From Escherichia phage vB_EcoP_SP5M, in the sequence record NC_070869.1: a stretch of DNA of 64,000 nucleotides; one strand, given 5' to 3'. Within the stretch, counting starts at the first letter, position 1. Each line of letters starts with the position of its first letter. Positions 1 through 8,559 of the stretch are shown in pieces. The notes under the pieces were generated by a model, which searched no databases, was not told where the DNA came from, and saw only the letters and a list, made by a program, of their open reading frames with translations. Made by a program: the position numbers and the translations under genes.

Positions 1-78
1 GGCTACACCCTTACACTCAACCATCCCCCCCGGTATGTTGACCGTGTATCCACTACCCTACCCCACCTTACACGTTAC

Positions 79-93
79 ACATGCTCCGCATGT
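79..93 (+). promoter_or_regulatory. Hairpin promoter of N4 virion-RNAP type (ACATGC-TCC-GCATGT, then TATGGA)
   Basis: Perfect 6-bp inverted repeat with 3-nt loop TCC (GGA on template strand); same architecture recurs at 893, 1153, 5693. Confidence 0.6.
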
Positions 94-135
94 TATGGAC
101 ATGTCGTCCTATCATCAACTATTGGAGCTATCATC

Positions 136-459
136 ATGACTACTACCGCTACTGTACGTATGACCGCAGGAACTTTACTTGGTACTGTTAACTCAGCTGC
201 TACTACTGTTGCAGATACCTTTGGTACAGCAACTAAAGCAGTAGGTATGCTTAACTCATATGTAAGTACTATGGCAGAGAAACAAGCCATTCGTACTAAA
301 TTAGAAATGCATACATTTGTTAATAAACTGGCAGAGGAAACAGCTATGACTGAGACTATGCGTAAGAAAAGTATTGAGGAATTCTGCAAGGATTCTGAAA
401 ATGCTCGTATCTATAACGCAGAATATTCTAAAGTAATTGACATCCTGTCTAAAGACTAA
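136..459 (+). CDS. Early hypothetical protein (107 aa)
   Basis: ORF track; GGAG upstream; lies between hairpin promoter and terminator. Confidence 0.6.
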   Translation: MTTTATVRMTAGTLLGTVNSAATTVADTFGTATKAVGMLNSYVSTMAEKQAIRTKLEMHTFVNKLAEETAMTETMRKKSIEEFCKDSENARIYNAEYSKVIDILSKD

Positions 460-466
460 GTCACCT

Positions 467-494
467 AGGAGACTCTTCGGAGTCTCCTGTTTTG
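467..494 (+). terminator. Rho-independent terminator
   Basis: AGGAGACTC-TTCG-GAGTCTCCT hairpin followed by GTTTTG. Confidence 0.6.
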
Positions 495-547
495 AACATT
501 AGATAGATAGTCAAAAGTAGATAACTATCTACTTTAGGAGATAGATA

Positions 548-886
548 ATGGCTAAGTACATTTGCGTAAAATCATTAACTAAAGATGTTCCTGTAGGAAC
601 AGAACTAGTAGGAAAATTCCACTCACCAGGAAGATTCATTCTTACTGAAGATAGTAAATTAAAGTGTGTATCTGGAATAGGACCACGTTGGTACAAAGAT
701 GACCAACTACCTCTTGCAGGTGCTTTATGGGTATGGCAATGCCAAGACCCTATTAAAGCTTTAGAACGCTATGAGAAAGCTGTTCGTGCCCATGAAATGC
801 TTGGTGCTCAAGACCCGGAAGATTGGCCTGGAATTGAGAAAGAATATGAATCTGCCAAGGCAGAATTGCTTAAACGCTTGTCTTAA
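548..886 (+). CDS. Early hypothetical protein (112 aa)
   Basis: ORF track; AGGAG 8 nt upstream of ATG. Confidence 0.6.
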   Translation: MAKYICVKSLTKDVPVGTELVGKFHSPGRFILTEDSKLKCVSGIGPRWYKDDQLPLAGALWVWQCQDPIKALERYEKAVRAHEMLGAQDPEDWPGIEKEYESAKAELLKRLS

Positions 887-892
887 AAACCA

Positions 893-907
893 AGAAGCTC
901 CGCTTCT
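893..907 (+). promoter_or_regulatory. Hairpin promoter of N4 virion-RNAP type (AGAAGC-TCC-GCTTCT, then ATTGGA)
   Basis: 6-bp stem, TCC loop; flank AAAACCAAGA shared with the copy at 1153. Confidence 0.6.
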
Positions 908-940
908 ATTGGATATCATTTAACTATTGGAGATTAAGCT

Positions 941-1147
941 ATGTATATTCATACTTCCCTGTTTGCAAACAAGAGTAACAATGGTGGATTGTTAGGTAAG
1001 ATTGATGCTCAGTGGAATCTTTGGTTCTCAGAGATTACTAACGTAACAGAGAGACAGCACTATGTTGCTTGTCACTCATTCCCTGCTAAGCCTACCAAGA
1101 AACAAATCCGTAAATTGCGTAGAGAGTTTCGCAAAGAAGCAATCTAA
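941..1147 (+). CDS. Small basic early protein, C-terminal AKPTKKQIRKL motif
   Basis: ORF track; paralogous C-terminus to ORF 1805..1990. Confidence 0.5.
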   Translation: MYIHTSLFANKSNNGGLLGKIDAQWNLWFSEITNVTERQHYVACHSFPAKPTKKQIRKLRREFRKEAI

Positions 1148-1152
1148 AACCA

Positions 1153-1167
1153 AGATGCTCCGCATCT
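1153..1167 (+). promoter_or_regulatory. Hairpin promoter of N4 virion-RNAP type (AGATGC-TCC-GCATCT, then TATGGA)
   Basis: 6-bp stem, TCC loop, conserved flanks. Confidence 0.6.
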
Positions 1168-1280
1168 TATGGATGATGTAAATGCATCCACTAATCATTG
1201 AAATCTTAAGTCTTTTCTTGGGTTTAGTCACCGACAGACAAACCCATCAATCAAATAATCATTTATCTGGAGAGTACAAA

Positions 1281-1661
1281 ATGTCTATTCAAAAATTCAC
1301 TTTCGGTCAATCTAACGCTGCTGCTACCACTGCTAAAACTGATAAACCAAAAGCTCAGTTCTGGTTGAACATTGGTTATGTAGCTAATGAAGGCTCTGAA
1401 GAAGAGAAGTTCATCTCTCTGCCTACTGGTATTCCACTGGATACTCAGGAGCCACTGCCTACTAATAGCAGCAATGCTGACTTCCGTGCTATGCGTTGTG
1501 CACAGAATGACTTGCTGGAACAGTTAATTGAGTATGCTCAGAACCTGGAACCAGGTGAGGAGGGTATCATTAACCTGCAAGTTCAACTTCGTCGTGTGAA
1601 AGCAGAGGCTGCTGACATCCCAGCAGACGAGAATAAATATGCTCGTAAACTGGCTTTCTAA
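1281..1661 (+). CDS. Early hypothetical protein, acidic C-terminus (start moved to internal ATG with GGAGAG SD)
   Basis: ORF track 1182..1661; internal Met (MSIQKF) has a proper SD; terminator follows. Confidence 0.5.
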   Translation: MSIQKFTFGQSNAAATTAKTDKPKAQFWLNIGYVANEGSEEEKFISLPTGIPLDTQEPLPTNSSNADFRAMRCAQNDLLEQLIEYAQNLEPGEEGIINLQVQLRRVKAEAADIPADENKYARKLAF

Positions 1662-1670
1662 TCAATCACT

Positions 1671-1699
1671 AGACTCCCTTCGGGGAGTCTTTTATTTTT
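1671..1699 (+). terminator. Rho-independent terminator
   Basis: AGACTCCC-TTCG-GGGAGTCT hairpin followed by TTTATTTTT. Confidence 0.65.
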
Positions 1700-1804
1700 A
1701 ACTAGACGATAAGCTATTTCTACTTTTTGAGTATCTTTAGACGAAGGGTACTGAAACAGTAACCAGATAGATATAGATTTATATTAGATGAAGGAGTAAC
1801 CATT

Positions 1805-1990
1805 ATGCGTACATTATGTAACCGTTATAACTCGCAGAAGATGATTAATATGTTACAACCTTGGGGTAGTAAGATGTCACTGAATGCACGTTGGCAGGTG
1901 TCTGTAAAAGATGAGAATGGTCACTGCCATGACCACTTCTTTGCAGCTAAACCTACTCGTAAACAAATCCGTAAACTTCATAAGGCATAA
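1805..1990 (+). CDS. Small basic early protein, C-terminal AKPTRKQIRKL motif (paralog of 941..1147)
   Basis: ORF track; shared C-terminal motif. Confidence 0.5.
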   Translation: MRTLCNRYNSQKMINMLQPWGSKMSLNARWQVSVKDENGHCHDHFFAAKPTRKQIRKLHKA

Positions 1991-1994
1991 GACT

Positions 1995-2213
1995 ATGTTG
2001 GACTTCATTGCGTTTGTAATACTCTGCTATGTGCTATATCGCCTACGCGGTTACATCCTCAATGGAGCCAAATGGGTAATTACTAAGCTGGTACTTATCT
2101 GTAAGCTACCTGTTGTATTCATTAAGTGTCTGTTTGCTTCCATTGTAGCTAAAGAGGTGCGTAAGCAACTATGGGCTAAGGAAGCTGAAGAGTTTGCAAA
2201 GAGGAACCAGTGA
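1995..2213 (+). CDS. Small hydrophobic membrane protein (internal start of ORF 1911..2213)
   Basis: ORF track; hydrophobic segments; start inferred to avoid overlap. Confidence 0.35.
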   Translation: MLDFIAFVILCYVLYRLRGYILNGAKWVITKLVLICKLPVVFIKCLFASIVAKEVRKQLWAKEAEEFAKRNQ

Positions 2214-2510
2214 TATTCACTAACATAGAAGATGCCATTGAAGAATGCATCTTTCGTAGGTATCACACTGGTGTACAGAAACGACACTATGGTGTTGTGC
2301 AACTCAATGGCTATCAAATGGTTGTAAGAATTGTACGTAAGAGTAAACCTTTTAACTTTATGTGGAGTACTAAATCATGCGCAAGTCATTAATTATGGGA
2401 ACCAAAGAAGACGTACAAAAGATGAAAGAGCGTCTGGCTGCTAAGAAACAGACTTCTGAACCAGTACGTAAGATTGTTACCTTCAATCATCCATGTATCA
2501 AATAGCAGGG

Positions 2511-2540
2511 AGTCCTCCATTAGGAGGGCTTCTATTTTTT
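2511..2540 (+). terminator. Rho-independent terminator
   Basis: AGTCCTCC-ATTA-GGAGGGCT hairpin followed by TCTATTTTTT. Confidence 0.55.
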
Positions 2541-2583
2541 ATTCTTGAATAGTTAGATATGCATTTAAATAGGAGAAATAACC

Positions 2584-2901
2584 TTGAATGAAATTGTTTG
2601 TATACTTCCTCAATCAGCTAAGATAGCTGACCGGAATATACGTATTCACCTACCTTTTCCATTAAGTAATCCATTCACTCGTAATGAAAGAACCACAGTA
2701 GAAGATGTAGAGGTAGCTTATGAAGCTTACCTTCGTAATCGTCTTATTAGTGGTGACAAACTAATTACAGCAGAGATGGAAAGGATTGCTTCCTTTGTAA
2801 CAGATAGTACAGGTAAGCCTGTTGGTTTAATTGGTACTGAATCTGATGTTAACGTTATTCGTAAAATACTAATGGAGGCACTAAGTGAACAACCTCAGTG
2901 A
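2584..2901 (+). CDS. Hypothetical protein (105 aa), TTG start
   Basis: ORF track; AGGAG 8 nt upstream of TTG. Confidence 0.45.
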   Translation: MNEIVCILPQSAKIADRNIRIHLPFPLSNPFTRNERTTVEDVEVAYEAYLRNRLISGDKLITAEMERIASFVTDSTGKPVGLIGTESDVNVIRKILMEALSEQPQ

Positions 2902-3118
2902 TGTAATTGTAGGTAATGAGATATTCATTGACCGAAAAGGTTATGCCCGAATTAAACTAAAGGGTAATAACAGAACTATTGTTCGTAAGGTGTACTCTAA
3001 ACCTTTTAGCAATTTCTCTATTGATGAAGTACGTATTAATAACAAGATGTACTTCATAGATAGTAAAGTATCTGTATGTCATACGGATGGTAAAACCTCT
3101 CTTGAATATACTTACTAA
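2885..3118 (+). CDS. Hypothetical protein (77 aa)
   Basis: ORF track; tight packing with neighbours. Confidence 0.4.
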   Translation: MNNLSDVIVGNEIFIDRKGYARIKLKGNNRTIVRKVYSKPFSNFSIDEVRINNKMYFIDSKVSVCHTDGKTSLEYTY

Positions 3119-3130
3119 GGAATAAACAAA

Positions 3131-3352
3131 ATGCTGTTCAGCACTAATTATGGTATTTGCCCAATTTGCAATAAAGGAAGAGGAGTTGCCAATCATAAGA
3201 AGTGTAGTCGTATTCTACAGAAACGACGGAACCAGAAAGAATGGGATAAGATATTAGAAAACCAACACAAAGATGAGTTCAAGAAGACGGCTGTTAAGGC
3301 ATCTACTCAGCTCATTCGTCGTACTAACTTCATAAAAGGTTATCAGAAATGA
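3131..3352 (+). CDS. Small basic Cys-containing (CPIC...C) protein
   Basis: ORF track; Cys pattern. Confidence 0.4.
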   Translation: MLFSTNYGICPICNKGRGVANHKKCSRILQKRRNQKEWDKILENQHKDEFKKTAVKASTQLIRRTNFIKGYQK

Positions 3353-3705
3353 AACTAATCGTGGCTGGTGGAAGAGACTTCGTTAATACCCAAGTAATGA
3401 TTACGGTATTAATGGATTTAGTGGAGAAGGGTAAGATTGACCCTAATCCTGAATTAGTATGTGGTATGGCTCGTGGTGCTGATATGCTTGCATACAGCCT
3501 ATGGGCTAACCACAATATGAAAATCCATACATTCCCGGCAGATTGGAAAACTCACCCAAGAAGTGCTGGATATATTCGAAATGCAGAAATGGGTAATTTT
3601 GCAGATGTACTTGTTGCCTTCTGGGATGGTAAATCCAGAGGAACCAAGCACATGATTGATATCATGCAAAGGCTAAATAAACCTGTATACATCGTGAGGT
3701 ACTAA
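3349..3705 (+). CDS. SLOG/DUF2493-like Rossmann-type protein (DprA/LOG-like)
   Basis: Motifs IVAGGRDF ... CGMARGADMLAYSLWA recalled as SLOG family pattern. Confidence 0.45.
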   Translation: MKLIVAGGRDFVNTQVMITVLMDLVEKGKIDPNPELVCGMARGADMLAYSLWANHNMKIHTFPADWKTHPRSAGYIRNAEMGNFADVLVAFWDGKSRGTKHMIDIMQRLNKPVYIVRY

Positions 3706-3963
3706 ATGATTATTACATATCCTACCTGTAGACCATTCAATTATATGGGGCAAACAATTGCAATACCCTTGTGGGTTAAATATGTTGCCCTGTTGCCACG
3801 TACATATACTAGTAATAACTCTTCCCTTATGGGTTTTGTAAGAAAGCCCAAACTAACTGCCGAAGGTACTTGGGTATCTAAAGGAAGGCAGGAAGAAATT
3901 GGTATCTGTAATTATGTACCTGAAGATAATAAGACCTATTTAACATTGGAGAAGGTGAAGTGA
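3706..3963 (+). CDS. Hypothetical protein (85 aa)
   Basis: ORF track only. Confidence 0.3.
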   Translation: MIITYPTCRPFNYMGQTIAIPLWVKYVALLPRTYTSNNSSLMGFVRKPKLTAEGTWVSKGRQEEIGICNYVPEDNKTYLTLEKVK

Positions 3964-4274
3964 AAACTATTCTAGTAGTTCATGATTCTACATTTACCGA
4001 TGTAGATAAGATGATGCGTAATATTGATTATGTATCTCAGACAAGCCAAGCATTCAATGAAGAGTTTACTCTGTACTGTAATGCTGAATCTCCACTGGTT
4101 CCTATTATTAAGGAGTCAGGTATACCCTTCTCTACAGAGAACTTCCCGGAAGAACCAGACTATGTAATCTCATTTATATATGACTTACATGATGGTTCAG
4201 GGACTAGTGAATTAGCTATGAACCAGTGGCGTAGTAAACGTCCTGTGTTCGCATTTCAGGTACTTAAACCATGA
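3960..4274 (+). CDS. Hypothetical protein (104 aa)
   Basis: ORF track; overlapping stop/start. Confidence 0.4.
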   Translation: MKTILVVHDSTFTDVDKMMRNIDYVSQTSQAFNEEFTLYCNAESPLVPIIKESGIPFSTENFPEEPDYVISFIYDLHDGSGTSELAMNQWRSKRPVFAFQVLKP

Positions 4275-4651
4275 AGATTATGTCATTAGGTGACGACACC
4301 AATGCTTTATTAGGTGTATCTGCACGTCCAATTATCATTGTTAATAAACATCACGGTAAATCCGGTGAGTATATTGGACGTGGTTCACCTCTTGGAAATC
4401 CATTCGTCATTGGTAAACATGGAACCAGAGAGCAAGTAATTGCTAAGTATAAAGTCTGGCTACAAGAACAGATTGATAAAGGTAATCCAGTTGTACTGGA
4501 TGAACTCAATCGTCTGGGTAATAAAGCCATTGACGAGAAAGGACTAGCCTTACAGTGCTTCTGTTATCCGAAACCATGTCATGGTGAGGTTATTAAAGAG
4601 AAGCTAGTACAGGCTATGTATAACTACTTTGTGGAGAATCCTAATGGGTAA
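4271..4651 (+). CDS. DUF4326-like protein
   Basis: YIGRGSPLGNPF ... CFCYPKPCHG pattern recalled as DUF4326. Confidence 0.45.
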   Translation: MKIMSLGDDTNALLGVSARPIIIVNKHHGKSGEYIGRGSPLGNPFVIGKHGTREQVIAKYKVWLQEQIDKGNPVVLDELNRLGNKAIDEKGLALQCFCYPKPCHGEVIKEKLVQAMYNYFVENPNG

Positions 4652-4892
4652 GCCAAAGAACCATTCCAAAGAATGGGATAATCTAGATAATACTAACTTA
4701 AAATTATTAGTGGAATCTAATAAGTCTTTTGTAGAAATATCAAATATTATGCAGAGAACTCTTGCAGCTACTATAACCCAAGCTCAAAGGTTAAACCTAA
4801 TCCATGTACAAGATGTTGGAGGAGAATTAAGAAGTAAGATTATTTATAAAATTACTTACTTAGAATCCATACCATGGAGTACTTTCAAATGA
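4629..4892 (+). CDS. Hypothetical protein (87 aa)
   Basis: ORF track only. Confidence 0.3.
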   Translation: MWRILMGKPKNHSKEWDNLDNTNLKLLVESNKSFVEISNIMQRTLAATITQAQRLNLIHVQDVGGELRSKIIYKITYLESIPWSTFK

Positions 4893-5074
4893 ATAAACAG
4901 TGTAATTGTGGTAAAGGCTATGTATCCCAATGGGATAACAAGTGTGGTAAATGCCGAACCAAGAAAGAACAACGCGATCATGAGTATGCTCTTACTTATT
5001 TAGAAATGACACGTAACTATAACAATATGACCGCACATGATGCTTATATTTATAATAGAGAGGCTTGTAAATGA
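4874..5074 (+). CDS. Small zinc-ribbon-like protein (CNCG...CGKC)
   Basis: ORF track; Cys pairs. Confidence 0.4.
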   Translation: MEYFQMNKQCNCGKGYVSQWDNKCGKCRTKKEQRDHEYALTYLEMTRNYNNMTAHDAYIYNREACK

Positions 5075-5427
5075 AAGAAATCTTCGTATTTACTACCAAC
5101 ACGTTAGGTCAGCACACTAAGGGTGCTGCTAAAGTGGCTTATAAGAAGCACGGTGCTCGCTGGGGTATGGCTTATGGTCAGTATGGTAATAGCTTTGCTA
5201 TTCCTGTTAAGAACCAAGATGGTCAATACATCCGGGAAGAATATATTAATGGCTTTGTAGAAGGATTCATTAACTATGCCGCTATCAATCCTCAGTGGGA
5301 TTTCCACTTACATAGTACAGAACATTTAGACCCATATCAGTTCATTAATGCTACTGGTAATGTCCTGTTCCCAGAAGAATGGAGACAATACTTAGGTGAC
5401 AATTACAACTACTGGGGAACCTTCTAA
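5071..5427 (+). CDS. Hypothetical protein (118 aa)
   Basis: ORF track; overlapping stop/start. Confidence 0.45.
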   Translation: MKEIFVFTTNTLGQHTKGAAKVAYKKHGARWGMAYGQYGNSFAIPVKNQDGQYIREEYINGFVEGFINYAAINPQWDFHLHSTEHLDPYQFINATGNVLFPEEWRQYLGDNYNYWGTF

Positions 5428-5687
5428 TGACATATGAAGAACTATGGGCTGCTCAGGTTAGAGCCAGAGCACTCACACGGCATGACATCTACTGTGCATT
5501 GCAGAACGAATTAAAGGGTCGTACTAAGCTGGGTCACATATCAGGTTTAATTAAAATACCTATGCGTAGTCTGGTATGGCCTTATCGGGAAAAAAGTAAT
5601 GAATTTAGCGGTAATGGTTTATATGTACGTATTAACTACCTCGGCCAAGAGAACAATATTCGTATTGCCTTTTGGACTAAGCGTTAG
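5427..5687 (+). CDS. Hypothetical protein (86 aa)
   Basis: ORF track. Confidence 0.4.
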   Translation: MTYEELWAAQVRARALTRHDIYCALQNELKGRTKLGHISGLIKIPMRSLVWPYREKSNEFSGNGLYVRINYLGQENNIRIAFWTKR

Positions 5688-5692
5688 GTAAT

Positions 5693-5707
5693 AGCTGCTC
5701 CGCAGCT
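5693..5707 (+). promoter_or_regulatory. Hairpin promoter of N4 virion-RNAP type (AGCTGC-TCC-GCAGCT) upstream of RNAP II genes
   Basis: 6-bp stem, TCC loop, followed by TTGGGGA. Confidence 0.55.
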
Positions 5708-5720
5708 TTGGGGATATAAA

Positions 5721-5975
5721 ATGGATACAACTGCTGTAAGCATTGGGGAGATTGTAAAAAGAAAACATCAATTAAAATGGAGAGATTATCATCTATTAAA
5801 ACATCTTATTCGTATGACTGTTTCAAGCCCTACTCTACAATATTCAGAAGTAAGTGTACTAGGGGTAAGATTATCGATGTTTACCCATAGAGAGGTCGTA
5901 TCAAAGAGTATATTTATAAGCTGCTACTTCGATAAAAGTATTGGCAAATATGAATTCAATTGTTTTATTAAATAA
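5721..5975 (+). CDS. Hypothetical protein (84 aa)
   Basis: ORF track. Confidence 0.35.
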   Translation: MDTTAVSIGEIVKRKHQLKWRDYHLLKHLIRMTVSSPTLQYSEVSVLGVRLSMFTHREVVSKSIFISCYFDKSIGKYEFNCFIK

Positions 5976-5998
5976 ACTAATTTATTAGGAGATATGCG

Positions 5999-6817
5999 AT
6001 GTACTCATCTATTGAACATCAGAAGCAGCTTGAAGTCCTATTCAATAAAAATCAATTACTGCCTCGCATGAGGAAGGAATTCGAGGACTCCAAAGAAATT
6101 GACTTTAAGGCATTCGCTGCCTATTTAGAAATTGATTATAAGCTGCTCATTGATGCAATGGTGCAGATTGCCCTACATAAACGTGCTGACATCCAGACTA
6201 TGATTGGCTCTCTCATGAGTCACTCAGATGATGCTCAGTACATCGCTGACTGTCTGTATAAGATGGCAGAGAATGACTGCTTCAACTATGACCCTACCAT
6301 CGACAAGTTCGGTGTTATCTATGAGATTAGTGAAGATGTCCAAATGGAACTGGAAGCATTCCAGTATCCATTACCTATTGTAAGTGCTCCTAATCCCGTT
6401 AGAACTAACAGAGATACTGGTTACTACCAGACTAAAGGAAGCATCATACTCAAGAAGAACCATCATGAGATGGATGTCTGCCTTGACCACATCAACCGTA
6501 TGAACAATCAACGTCTTTGCATTAACTGGGACGTTGCCAACTATGTAAAAGACTCTCGTCCTAATATGGATAAACCCAAAGAAGGTGAAACCCGTCAGGA
6601 CTATGAGAAACGAGTTAAAGCCTTTGAGAAGTACAGCCGTACTGCTAAGGAAGTAATGGAGTTAGTGACTCAGGAAGGCAATAACTTCTCACTGGGTCAC
6701 AAATATGACAAACGTGGGCGTACTTACGCTCAGGGCTATCACATCAACTATCAGGGAACCAGCTACAACAAAGCTGTACTGGAGTTCGCTGATAAGGAGT
6801 TAGTAAATGAAGACTAA
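5999..6817 (+). CDS. Phage RNA polymerase II small subunit (N4 gp15-like, N-terminal half of a split T7-like RNAP)
   Basis: Size (272 aa) and position directly before the catalytic subunit; promoter hairpin upstream. Confidence 0.65.
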   Translation: MYSSIEHQKQLEVLFNKNQLLPRMRKEFEDSKEIDFKAFAAYLEIDYKLLIDAMVQIALHKRADIQTMIGSLMSHSDDAQYIADCLYKMAENDCFNYDPTIDKFGVIYEISEDVQMELEAFQYPLPIVSAPNPVRTNRDTGYYQTKGSIILKKNHHEMDVCLDHINRMNNQRLCINWDVANYVKDSRPNMDKPKEGETRQDYEKRVKAFEKYSRTAKEVMELVTQEGNNFSLGHKYDKRGRTYAQGYHINYQGTSYNKAVLEFADKELVNED

Positions 6818-7024
6818 CATTGGCTCCTATGAGTTATGGGTTAATGAAGAGTGTATCTACTCAGGTACGTATGTGAAGTGCCTATACTTTGAGAAGCTTT
6901 ATAAGCTTCAGAACCCTAAGAATAAAACCATTATTTATAAACTATCTGCCGACGTAGTAACTATCTAACCCTCCAATAAGCAGGCTCTCCATAGTGGGGA
7001 GCCAAGAAGCAAAAGGAAAATACA

Positions 7025-8242
7025 ATGCAACTGTTAACTGCCCGTGAATACCTGAAAGTAGATATCGCTAACAACTATGGCTTAGATAAAAAGACATGGG
7101 ATGAACGTATTAGCTGGTTCGATGAGAATGAAACTAACCTGCTTAATCTGGTAGATGAAGCTGAAGAATCTGCACTGTTCTATGCTGGTGTAAACGCATG
7201 GAAAGATATGAAAGCTGGTAAACCTATTGGTTATGCCGTAGCTCTGGATGCTACATCATCTGGCTTACAGTTACTGGCTTGCCTGACTGGTGACCGTTCT
7301 GCTGCTGAACTATGTAACGTAGTTAACTACATGGGTGAGAATGGTAAACCATTACGACGTGATGCTTATACAGTTATCTATCATAAGATGTTGGACATCC
7401 TTGGTGAAGCATCTCGTATTAAACGTAGTGACACCAAGCAGGCAGTTATGACTGCGTTCTACGGTTCAGAAGCCAAGCCTAAAGAAGTATTCGGTGAAGG
7501 TATCCGTCTCAAGACTTTTGAGAATGTAATGGAAACTGTTGCTAGTGGCCCTTGGGCACTGAACAAGTTCTTACTGCAATGCGGTAACCCGGATGCTAAC
7601 CGTTACGTATGGATACTGCCTGACAACTTCCACGCTGTCATTAAGGTCATGGTTCCTGAAGTACAGACCGTTAACTTCTTAGGTAAACCATTCGATATCA
7701 CACGTATGGTTCAGGGTACTGAAGAGAAGACACGTATGCTCTCTGCTAACATCACCCACTCTATTGATGGGATGGTGGTACGTGAGATGCTACGTCGTTG
7801 CAACTTCGACATGAACCAGGTGAACTATGTTAAGTCCCTCTGCGAAGGAACCAGTGATTATATGGTTGCCCCTGATGATAACTATGAAATGGTTAACACA
7901 CTGTGGTCTAACTATGAGAAGTCTGGCTACCTGTCTACCCGTATCTTTGATTATCTGGACTCAGAAACGATTGAATTGGTTGATACAGATGTAATCATGG
8001 CTATGCTCAATACCATGCCTAAGAAACCATTCCCTGTAATGACTGTACATGACTGCTTCCGTTGTCATCCTAACTATGGCAATGACCTGCGTCGTCAGTA
8101 CAATCAGATTCTGTCTGACATTGCTAAGAGTGACCTACTGGGCTTCATCCTGTCTCAGGTACTGGGACAAGAGTTCTCTGCTGGTAAGCTGGATGACAGC
8201 CTCTGGCAGGACATTCTTGAAACAGACTATGCATTAAGTTAA
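7025..8242 (+). CDS. Phage RNA polymerase II large subunit (N4 gp16-like, catalytic half of T7-like RNAP)
   Basis: YAVALDATSSGLQLL (motif A-like) and VHDCF (motif C-like); 405 aa. Confidence 0.75.
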   Translation: MQLLTAREYLKVDIANNYGLDKKTWDERISWFDENETNLLNLVDEAEESALFYAGVNAWKDMKAGKPIGYAVALDATSSGLQLLACLTGDRSAAELCNVVNYMGENGKPLRRDAYTVIYHKMLDILGEASRIKRSDTKQAVMTAFYGSEAKPKEVFGEGIRLKTFENVMETVASGPWALNKFLLQCGNPDANRYVWILPDNFHAVIKVMVPEVQTVNFLGKPFDITRMVQGTEEKTRMLSANITHSIDGMVVREMLRRCNFDMNQVNYVKSLCEGTSDYMVAPDDNYEMVNTLWSNYEKSGYLSTRIFDYLDSETIELVDTDVIMAMLNTMPKKPFPVMTVHDCFRCHPNYGNDLRRQYNQILSDIAKSDLLGFILSQVLGQEFSAGKLDDSLWQDILETDYALS

Positions 8243-8248
8243 TAAACT

Positions 8249-8286
8249 GGCCTCATTCCTTCGGGAGTGAGGCCTTTTATTTTTTG
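8249..8286 (+). terminator. Rho-independent terminator
   Basis: GGCCTCATTCC-TTCG-GGAGTGAGGCC hairpin followed by TTTTATTTTTT. Confidence 0.65.
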
Positions 8287-8302
8287 CTTGGAGGTAGTCA
8301 AC

Positions 8303-8485
8303 ATGCCAGACATCTATGATGTTATTACTAAAACTGTACTGATAGTTTTATCTGCTATTGTGATATTCACAATAGTTAATGCTCACAAATCCAAATTTGC
8401 TTACTGCTACTATGGAGCGTACTCTGCCGGATGTTTTGTATTAGCCGGTTGGATAGCTTACTGGATTTACCACATCAACAACTAG
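8303..8485 (+). CDS. Small two-TM membrane protein
   Basis: ORF track 8267..8485 with internal Met after GGAGG; hydrophobic. Confidence 0.4.
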   Translation: MPDIYDVITKTVLIVLSAIVIFTIVNAHKSKFAYCYYGAYSAGCFVLAGWIAYWIYHINN

Positions 8486-8512
8486 CCACCCTCAAGGGTG
8501 GCTTTCTTTTTT
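8484..8512 (+). terminator. Rho-independent terminator
   Basis: AGCCACCC-TCAA-GGGTGGCT hairpin followed by TTCTTTTTT. Confidence 0.6.
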
Positions 8513-8559
8513 ATCAGCCTTCATAATGATTAGGCATATTTACTCAAGAGGATACATAC

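Noticed and set aside
93-389. 98-aa - strand ORF at the left edge
   Set aside because: Antisense to the first early gene, which has the promoter, SD and terminator; region is otherwise entirely rightward-transcribed.
6807-6968. 53-aa ORF overlapping the end of the RNAP II small-subunit gene
   Set aside because: Short, below the ORF-track threshold, overlaps the upstream gene's stop and has no recognisable motif; left unannotated.
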